Shown here piece by piece: positions 9,484 to 16,977 of a DNA stretch of 64,000 nucleotides. The translations under genes were made by a program, and so were the position numbers. Within the stretch, counting starts at the first letter, position 1. Every line of letters begins with the position of its first letter. Below the pieces are notes generated by a model, which saw nothing but the letters and a program-made list of their open reading frames with translations, was not told the origin of the DNA and searched no databases. This DNA comes from Candidatus Moanibacter sp. Its GTDB lineage: Bacteria > Verrucomicrobiota > Verrucomicrobiia > Opitutales > UBA2987. The stretch is from positions 12,527 to 76,526 of the forward strand of contig CBDCEW010000081.1 of the NCBI GenBank assembly GCA_965215885.1. The letters run 5' to 3'.

Positions 9484-9730
9484 CAACGACTCCAGTGCCC
9501 TCCCTCTGCTCCCCATTTTCTTCATGCTCTAACCAGAGAACTCCACGCAATTTGCGGGCCAACCGAAATTCAGAACGATGGGCACAAGACCGGGGCAGCC
9601 AGCAATCGAAGGCATGACGCTAAACACGTACGATCCGATCGGATCATAAAGATTTGCACCGTTATGTGGAGAGCAACGAGTCAGGCGGTTTGGTAAACAG
9701 GCGGCTAAATGGTTACACAACAGAATATTA

Positions 9731-9836
9731 CGCGAATATAGCGATCATGGAGCGTTTTGAGATCGATGAGATCATCAGTTTTGATCGGGGATTCGACGAA
9801 TGTGCTGGGATTCGCCGGTTATCCGCGCCACACTGA
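9731..9836 (+). pseudogene. PIN-domain (VapC-like) toxin C-terminal fragment
   Basis: IAIMERFEIDEIISFDRGFDECAGIRRL matches the VapC C-terminal SFD..FD motif. Confidence 0.6.
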
Positions 9837-9994
9837 CCGAAGACGATTTTTCGATTTATTCAACCGGCAGTGCGTTCTGGTCCCAGTGAGAGGCGTTATG
9901 GTATTCCTTCAACTTCCTCTCTTTCAGGCTGATTCCTTGACAGTATTCAGAGCATGGAGCCATACTAGTCGGTAGAGGAACGATTTGAGTATCA

Positions 9995-11221
9995 ATGCAG
10001 TCGCGCACGCTAACTGAAGAGGAGATTGTTACTTATAGGGAATCCGGATTCATCAAGGCAGGCGGTATCGTCAGTAGCGATGAACTCGACCGCTTCGCCG
10101 GCGCAGTCGATAATGAAATTGAGAAAGGGCGGGTGAGGGACGTCTCTGGCCCGAAAGAGGGACAAAGTGCGACATTTTCGGTGCTCGTGGAAGGTTGCAT
10201 CCAGGAGCCGGGGATAAACTTCATGGTCGATCATCCAGGCATCGTGGGTGCTGTTGAGTGCCTGCTCGGTGGGCCGGCCCGTCTCTCTTCGTTTTCCATT
10301 CATATTAAGAGACCAGGATGGCTCGGCACGGATGGAGACTATGAGGGCACACACGGGCGCCGCCATTGTGATTACAAACCTTTCCGCCCGGTTGGTTCCT
10401 CCATGAACTGGCTTTTCACTATAATACCGCTTGTCGACTGCATTGGAGAAATTGGGCCTTTGCTGGTGTCGCCCGGTTCCCATCGGTGTTTCCGGACCGT
10501 ACGCTATGGCCGTGTAACAAAAGGGCAGCGCGCCAAGGGTACAGAGATCCCTGAGTTTGTGGACACAGAGTTGAAACGGGGAGAAGTGCTTTTCATGGAT
10601 GGTTTCACCTGGCATGAGGCATATCCGAATCGCTCCGATCGGAACCGAATTGGGATTTACAATAAGTACATGGCAGCGAACGCGCCGCCGGGTTGCGGTC
10701 CCTATCTCTTCAGTGATCGGAACTACAATGTAATCAAAAGCAGAGGCAGTGATCTTTTGAATAATCACAGTGATCGATTGATCGCTTCGACCCGATTGAT
10801 TCTGGAGTGCAGGGACAGGGTACTGTTCCTGAAATCGAAGAATGGTTTGATGTCACTTCCGGGCGGGTCTGCCCAAACAAAGAAAAAGATCTCCGGCTCG
10901 AATGATGACAACGTCATCGAACACCTCTATGCCTCCCTCAAAGAGCAATTGGGTATCGAATTTCCATGGGTCAGTTACGTGGGCGATTTCGCGGACAACG
11001 GAAATGGTGATCTCTGCAGAGTCTATGCCTACCCCGAGCTTGCAGAGTCTCAGATTGAGAATCTCAACGGAAAAGATGTGGCATGGCTGGGTGAAGCGGA
11101 AATCTCGTCGGAAGCTCGAAACGGGAAGTTGGAATTGGGGTTCGAGTTGGACGCGGTTCGCCGGTGGCTCCATGAACCGCTCCTCCGCGGCATCGGACAG
11201 TCCAGATCCCAGGTCACATGA
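9995..11221 (+). CDS. Phytanoyl-CoA dioxygenase (PhyH) family protein with C-terminal NUDIX-like domain
   Basis: HCD...H (WHEAYPN)...R facial-triad motifs; C-terminal VLFLK...SLPGG...LKEQLGI. Confidence 0.75.
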   Translation: MQSRTLTEEEIVTYRESGFIKAGGIVSSDELDRFAGAVDNEIEKGRVRDVSGPKEGQSATFSVLVEGCIQEPGINFMVDHPGIVGAVECLLGGPARLSSFSIHIKRPGWLGTDGDYEGTHGRRHCDYKPFRPVGSSMNWLFTIIPLVDCIGEIGPLLVSPGSHRCFRTVRYGRVTKGQRAKGTEIPEFVDTELKRGEVLFMDGFTWHEAYPNRSDRNRIGIYNKYMAANAPPGCGPYLFSDRNYNVIKSRGSDLLNNHSDRLIASTRLILECRDRVLFLKSKNGLMSLPGGSAQTKKKISGSNDDNVIEHLYASLKEQLGIEFPWVSYVGDFADNGNGDLCRVYAYPELAESQIENLNGKDVAWLGEAEISSEARNGKLELGFELDAVRRWLHEPLLRGIGQSRSQVT

Positions 11222-11390
11222 GGAATCTTAAGCTGAATCCCTTGGAAGGTGAATCGAATCTCACCCCTAACCCGAACAACGATCCCGTGTCGTCGCTCCG
11301 TATATGCGCGTGATGTCGAAGGTAAAAGATATTTTCCTGGCAAAGTCAGGACTTACAAGGGTTGTGTACGGTGATCGGTCATAATTGAGG

Positions 11391-11579
11391 CTAGCCCGAA
11401 CATTTCACAAACCATCTAATGCGACCACGGATGTCACTGCGCCTCAAGGTCTTCTCTTGTCCGGCGACCTCAGAGAGTTCCAACACACTGTCGCCCGCCG
11501 GACTGCGAAAAGACCTTGATCCGCAGTCCCGGCGCGCCGGGACAGTCTCGCTACGATGTGTGTGAAATGTCCGGGCTAG
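11391..11579. mobile_element. MITE with CTAG flanks and TIR CCCGRACATTTCAC, copy 1
   Basis: CTAG-CCCGAACATTTCAC...GTGAAATGTCCGGG-CTAG; diverged reverse-oriented copy at 53301-53482. Confidence 0.85.
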
Positions 11580-11976
11580 AGAAAGCCCGAGAGCAAAGAG
11601 TCGATCAATCGCGGTGCTTATTTCTAATTTTCAATAAATGAAAAATACGCCTCGATTATCATTATAACGACAGCTGTCAGCGGGGTGACGAACTCCTCCT
11701 CGGGGGTTGCCGCCTGTATCTTCTCTCGAGTGGAGACCGCCTACTTCACCATCGGTACCTACGCCCTTGGCAATACCGGTCACTTGCGCGACTTCGCCTA
11801 GCCGGTCGATCCATCGCTGGCGTGTAGCAGCGACAGCGGTGTCACCGAAGCAGTGCGAAAAAGCCTGCTTGGTCGAAATGAAGATCATGAGTCAACACAT
11901 TGCGAATCTTGAATTCGCCCATGACTACAAAACTGCTGCAATCCGTGAAGGAATATCCCTGATCGAATAGAGATCG

Positions 11977-12132
11977 GTTATAACTTTCGTCCTTCATCGC
12001 TCGATCACCGTAAGGAGCAGTGGTATGGCAACTGCATCAGCGGGCTAACTCTTTGTTATAACTTTCGTCCTTCATCGCTCGATCACCGTAAGGAGCAGTG
12101 GTATGGCAACTGCATCAGCGGGCTAACTCTTT
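11977..12132. repeat. Perfect 78-bp tandem duplication (2 copies)
   Basis: GTTATAACTTTCGTCC...GCTAACTCTTT at 11977 and 12055. Confidence 0.95.
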
Positions 12133-12140
12133 GCGAATCC

Positions 12141-13202
12141 TTAGAAACCTGTCCCGGCTTGCTGGGACTGGGAATGATCAAGTTCGACAGCTGTCCCCGA
12201 AGAGCTCGATTCCATAATGGCGCGGATGAGGCGAAGAGCTGCAATTCCCTCAGCGGCGCCTACTTGGGGCTGACTGCCGTTACGAATGCAGCGGGCGAAA
12301 TCCTCGAGTTCTGCCTGAAGCGCGGTAGTGAAGTTTTCAGGACCATCCCATTCCAGGGGTTTAATTTTCGGTTTTAGATGTTTAGCGCGTACCGGATCGA
12401 TAATCTCCTGCCAGAAAAGTTCCTGCCCGGCGCGTCTGTAATGAATTGCCGCTTTTGTCCCGAAGATTGAAATCTCACTAAGATAGGCGGAAACCTGGTG
12501 GGTCATGAGGGTGGCGAGGACCCCGGATTCAAACTCGAGGCTGGCCGTTGCCATGCTGGGAACTGCACTTGGAGAGAGGCGGTTGCTGACATGGCCCATC
12601 ACCCGCTTCACTGGTCCGAGAAAATAGAGGAGCAGATCGGCGTAGTGAACAGCGAGGTTATCGAGCGGACCGCCGGGTATTTTCTCAAGCTCCAATTCCC
12701 AGTCACCATCCGAGTACTGGGGAACGAGAGTGGCGCCTAAAGCCGCAGTGGCGAGAGCTATCTCGCCGAGGTCTCCATTTTCGATGAGCGCCTTGACCTT
12801 TCTGGCGGAGCCGACCCAACGGTGCTGCAGGCCAACAGCGAGAACGAGGTTTTTCTTCATGGCGCTCTCGCGCATCTCTTCTGCCTCTCCAATGGAGTTC
12901 GCGATGGGCTTTTCGACGAAGACATGCTTCCCGGCCGCAAAGCTGGCGATTGCTTGCGGGTGATGAAGGAAGTGGGGTGTTGGAAGCAGTACCGCTTCTA
13001 CCGTCTCGTCGGCGAGCATTTCTTCAAACGATGCATATGATCGGCCTCCATAGGTATTCAGGATGTCGTTGCGATTTGCTTCGTTTCGACTCCAGACGCC
13101 GGCCATTTGGAGGAGGGCGGATTTAGAGGCGGCGTCAAGGAGGAGGCGACCCCAGCGTGCCGGAGAAGCAATAGCAAATGAGACTGGATTCTGTTCGGTC
13201 AT
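12141..13202 (-). CDS. Gfo/Idh/MocA family oxidoreductase
   Basis: TPHFLH and GKHVFVEKP motifs. Confidence 0.9.
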   Translation of the reverse strand: MTEQNPVSFAIASPARWGRLLLDAASKSALLQMAGVWSRNEANRNDILNTYGGRSYASFEEMLADETVEAVLLPTPHFLHHPQAIASFAAGKHVFVEKPIANSIGEAEEMRESAMKKNLVLAVGLQHRWVGSARKVKALIENGDLGEIALATAALGATLVPQYSDGDWELELEKIPGGPLDNLAVHYADLLLYFLGPVKRVMGHVSNRLSPSAVPSMATASLEFESGVLATLMTHQVSAYLSEISIFGTKAAIHYRRAGQELFWQEIIDPVRAKHLKPKIKPLEWDGPENFTTALQAELEDFARCIRNGSQPQVGAAEGIAALRLIRAIMESSSSGTAVELDHSQSQQAGTGF

Positions 13203-13335
13203 GGTGAATCGATATGGACGTTGGGTCCGTAGAAGCATTCATTCTGCCGGAGCTTTTCCTTTATGCGGTTGGAGCGCACAGGACGAATTATTAGGTGAGC
13301 GGGTCGTCCTCGTCACGCGTTTATTGCAGGAGACA

Positions 13336-14391
13336 TCAACGGTAGAGCCACTCGATGGGGAAACGGACCATCTTGAGGCTTCGCGCACCATCGAATTGGA
13401 AGCGATGGGAATCGATGGAGGGCATATGGTAGTAGGTAATCAACACCTTGTCTTGAAAGAAGCTGCAACTCGGATAGCTGAATGCATCGTGTGGATCATC
13501 TTCCAAAACCCTTCGGGCCGTGTGTGGCCAGGAAGCTCCGTTGTCGCGGCTGAGAGCACAGGAGAGACGCCGGCGTTTTCCCCCGATTCCGTCCGTGCTG
13601 TCATAATGCCAGTTCCACAGGAGGAGAAGGTCTTTGGATTCCGGTATTCGGCGGATAATTGATGGTGCGATCGGGGCCACAACTTCCATGGAACGTAAGT
13701 TGTGCCATGAAACACCACTATCTTGCGACTCGGCCCGATAGATCGACCCCATTGCAGTGCGAGCGATGAGGAGGAGAGACCCGTCGGCGCGTTCGACAAC
13801 ATCGGGTTCAATGATCCCAGACTCCATGGCGTCGACTCGGGGGAGATTCAGTTTGTCGCTCGACTGCCACGAGCGTCCGCCGTCATCAGAACGGTTTACG
13901 ACTCCGTAGAGGTAGTGCGAGTCCCAGTCATCAGTACAGTGAAGAGGGGCGATAAGCCGTCCGCTGGACAGGACCGTAAAACGATCGTGACCACCGGTCT
14001 TGTAGCCGCCAGGCGCGACCACGATCGGTTCTGACCATGTGCTTCCTTCGTCCTCGGATCGACGAAAGTGGCGGCAGGCGTCGCGAACTGAATTGCGGAA
14101 GTTATAGAGCATACCGATGTCGCCGTCCGGGAGACGGCGCAGAGCGGGTGACATCACGTTCAAACCGGCTGAGTTATCTATGAGAGTTCGTTCCTCGGCC
14201 CAGGTATCACCGCCGTCGGACGATATCATCGCGCAGATTGCGGCACGGGCATTGTCGTGGCTACCGCCAAACTTTGACCACGCAATGAGGAGTCGCCCAT
14301 CCGCGAGTTCCACGATGGATGCTTCGGAATGCCGAGAAAATGTTTCGTCTGCACTTCTCACAGTGCTCTTGAGCGGAAAATCCGTTTTCAT
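13336..14391 (-). CDS. BNR/Asp-box sialidase-fold protein
   Basis: Asp boxes SSDGGDTW, SEDEGSTW, SDDGGRSW, SQDSGVSW, SRDNGASW; C-terminal FSYP. Confidence 0.88.
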   Translation of the reverse strand: MKTDFPLKSTVRSADETFSRHSEASIVELADGRLLIAWSKFGGSHDNARAAICAMISSDGGDTWAEERTLIDNSAGLNVMSPALRRLPDGDIGMLYNFRNSVRDACRHFRRSEDEGSTWSEPIVVAPGGYKTGGHDRFTVLSSGRLIAPLHCTDDWDSHYLYGVVNRSDDGGRSWQSSDKLNLPRVDAMESGIIEPDVVERADGSLLLIARTAMGSIYRAESQDSGVSWHNLRSMEVVAPIAPSIIRRIPESKDLLLLWNWHYDSTDGIGGKRRRLSCALSRDNGASWPHTARRVLEDDPHDAFSYPSCSFFQDKVLITYYHMPSIDSHRFQFDGARSLKMVRFPIEWLYR

Positions 14392-14535
14392 TCTCAGAGA
14401 TGGTAGGTCGACCGGAAATTGGCGGGATTTTCTTTTCGGATCATTTTTGTGAGGAGTGCAAGTTGGCTCAGTGCTCGGCGGACAGTTGTAATGCAAAGCT
14501 CCTACACAGGCTGGAAGCCTGTGCCACTTTACCCC

Positions 14536-14958
14536 TCAGTGGTGGACAACGACCAATCCGGAATCCACTGATACGGGGTAGGTCTCGGCGGATGGCCGAT
14601 TTGCGGAATCTTCCGGGCGGTCCTCGACGGTTACCTCGTAGGCCCGCGCCCGATACCGTTGGGGGCTAACGATGGACCGGCCGTTGGTAACATCGAATTC
14701 CCACCCGTGCCAAGGGCAGCGGAGAATCTCGCCTTCGCGGCTGAATCGAAATTCATGAGGTCGCGGCGAATCGCGGTATTCGACGAGCCGGCCATTGCAG
14801 AGCGGACCTCCCTGGTGGGGGCAGCGATTGCGAAGGGCATAGAACTTACCCTTCACATTGAATACACCGACAGAGATGCCATCGATTTCGACGATCTTAC
14901 GCTGGCCGGCAGCGATCTCGGCAGCGGGTGCGACTGCGTAGCGCTTTTCTTTGTTCAT
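14536..14958 (-). CDS. Rieske (2Fe-2S) ferredoxin
   Basis: CPHQG...CPWHGWEF. Confidence 0.92.
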   Translation of the reverse strand: MNKEKRYAVAPAAEIAAGQRKIVEIDGISVGVFNVKGKFYALRNRCPHQGGPLCNGRLVEYRDSPRPHEFRFSREGEILRCPWHGWEFDVTNGRSIVSPQRYRARAYEVTVEDRPEDSANRPSAETYPVSVDSGLVVVHH

Positions 14959-16070
14959 TCGGCCTTTGTAGTTTCGATAGCAACCCTATCAGTGAGACCG
15001 TAAAGTCTGGAGGCGTTTTCAAAAAATATGCGGTGGCGCCACTCCTCCGACAAGCCTGGCAGGGCGTGTCTGGGCGAATCGAAGTCGAAGTGGGGATAGT
15101 CGCTCGAGTACATGAGAAAATCCACAGCGTTTACCATTTCGAGGAGTTGCAGGAGGTGGCTGGGATTGTCAGGACTTTCCGCCGGTTGGGTCGTAATGCG
15201 AACGTGATCGGCAAGGTAATCGAGGGGGCGCCGGCTCATCCATGGGACTTCCATACGCATCGCTTTGTAATGATTGTCGAAGCGCCAGAGGAGGGGAACG
15301 ATCCAGGCGAATCCGCCTTCTACGAGAACGACTTTCAAATTGGGAAAGCGTTCAAAGACGCCTTCTGTAATGAAACTTACGAGGTGAGCCTGGAACCCGA
15401 GTGAGAGAAGGGTGTGCCATTCTATGATGGTCGAGGGAAAGCCGGGCGTCGGCTGGCAATTGATTCCGGAGCCGTCAGTTCCCGGATGGATTGCGAAGGG
15501 AAGCCCATTACGTTCGCAGGCCTCGTATATCGGATAGTACTGGCGTTGGCCAAAGGGCGCGCGGGCTCCGGAATCGACCATGACCTGCACGATGTGCGGG
15601 TGATTTCCGACCCGATCGATCTCGCGGGCGGCTGCCTCGGGGTCCTGCTGAGCGACGTTCATGGAACCCTTGAAAACGCCGTCGGAATTGTACTCTTCCA
15701 ACCATGTCTCGATCAACCAATCGTTAAAGGCAGAAGCCAGGGCCGCGGCGTAGTCGGGATTGGGGTACATATTGCAGAAGGCCCGGGGCATAAGAACTGC
15801 GTGATCGATTCCGAACTCATCAATGTGTTGCTGCCGCAGAAAATCCGGGTCGGAACCGGGACTGCCTCCATCGGGTGGAAATGCATCTCCCCGACCTCCG
15901 ATGATACGAGAGGCATTGTTGTAGAAGGGACGGGACTCGCCGTGATATGAGCCCTTCCAAGCGCGTGCTAGACGACTGTTGATCTCCTCGTCCGTTTTGG
16001 GATAAACGTGGACATCCGAGTCGATAATGGAGCTTCGTGCTCGATCGTGCCCGAAATTTGGATTCTTCAT
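14955..16070 (-). CDS. Amidohydrolase_2 family protein
   Basis: IDSDVH, IHPG, EGVFERFPNLKVVLVEGG and SSDYPHFD; overlaps the Rieske start by 4 bp. Confidence 0.9.
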   Translation of the reverse strand: MKNPNFGHDRARSSIIDSDVHVYPKTDEEINSRLARAWKGSYHGESRPFYNNASRIIGGRGDAFPPDGGSPGSDPDFLRQQHIDEFGIDHAVLMPRAFCNMYPNPDYAAALASAFNDWLIETWLEEYNSDGVFKGSMNVAQQDPEAAAREIDRVGNHPHIVQVMVDSGARAPFGQRQYYPIYEACERNGLPFAIHPGTDGSGINCQPTPGFPSTIIEWHTLLSLGFQAHLVSFITEGVFERFPNLKVVLVEGGFAWIVPLLWRFDNHYKAMRMEVPWMSRRPLDYLADHVRITTQPAESPDNPSHLLQLLEMVNAVDFLMYSSDYPHFDFDSPRHALPGLSEEWRHRIFFENASRLYGLTDRVAIETTKAE

Positions 16071-16354
16071 CGTTTTTTCAAGGCTTCTTTTCTTTGTGGG
16101 TATAGGAACCTTGGTAGGGTTCGGTTTCTGCATGACAATTCATTCTCATAGCGGTCACAATTGGAGCAAGCAGGGGCAGTTCCATATCCCCACCGTTCGA
16201 CTGACCGAAATTACAAACTCGAGTAATGAAAATCCAGTTAATTCTTGACAGAAATCGATACAGATTCCCATGGATTGCGATGAGCGAGTTGGCACTCGGC
16301 GGTTGTAACACGACAACTGATCATCGTGGCTTCGCACTTCGGAGACCAACAGGC

Positions 16355-16423
16355 GTAGGAAGCTCGCTTGCGAGCGATTCGACTGCCCAATCCATCCCGA
16401 ATCGCTCGCGAGCGAGCTTACTA
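16355..16423. repeat. GTAG-type REP doublet
   Basis: GTAGGAAGCTCGCTTGCGAGCGATTC ... GAATCGCTCGCGAGCGAGCTTACTAC. Confidence 0.75.
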
Positions 16424-16977
16424 CCCTCGCGGTGAAACAGAAAGAAATTGAAAAACGAATTGGATAATGAAGATGGGGACACCGCTGAAAGAGCCGCGTT
16501 CTTGCGAACACGGCTAAACTGCGACATATCTCTTAGCTGCAGATGAGAATGCACCTTTACTATGTCATTGTGAGCGGAGGCTTTTATGAGCGATAAAAAT
16601 TGTCAACTGACACGAACTGAACGGTGCCCGATCTGCGTGGTCGGCGCATCTCCAGCCGGGATTGTGGCCGCTGTGCGGGTCGCCCGGGAAGGGCAGAGGG
16701 TGATGCTAGTCTCGGGACACCGGCACATCGGAGGTGTTCTCTCAAATGGATTGAGCTGCTGGGACAGCTGGTACGACGGCTTCCGCGCTCCGATCCAGGC
16801 GGATTGGTTGGAGAAGATCCGCCACCACTACCGCGAAACCTATGGCGAGGATTCGGAGGAGTTTCGGATCTCGCAAAGCGGTCCTTTCGGCGGGGGAAAG
16901 TATAAGGGCAGCTATACCTGGGAACCACACATCGCGGAACGCATGTTCGAGGAACTCGTTTCCGCGGAAACGAATAT

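Larger units (their letters stand above)
6628..9580 (+). mobile_element. Two-ORF IS with Mutator-like transposase, copy 1
   Basis: Imperfect TIR CATAATTACGAAATTGGGTTGG / CCAACCGAAATTCAGAACGATG. Flanks GGCGCAAGACC / GGCACAAGACC. Near-identical copy 17,700 bp downstream. Confidence 0.9.
5023..9631. mobile_element. Palindromic MITE-like carrier element (~260 bp when empty) containing two nested IS
   Basis: Ends GTACCTGTTTAGCGT (5023) and ACGCTAAACACGTAC (9631) are inverted repeats; GAT flanks both sides. Internal hairpin with 42-bp arms at 6492-6576. Arms recur at about 24275-24327, 27272-27311 and 60413-60435. Confidence 0.75.

Noticed and set aside
11707..11970. 87-aa ORF as a real gene
   Set aside because: No recognisable motif or clear RBS; probably decayed sequence.
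11977..12132. Possible CRISPR or att site
   Set aside because: Head-to-tail duplication with no spacer; no integrase or tRNA nearby.
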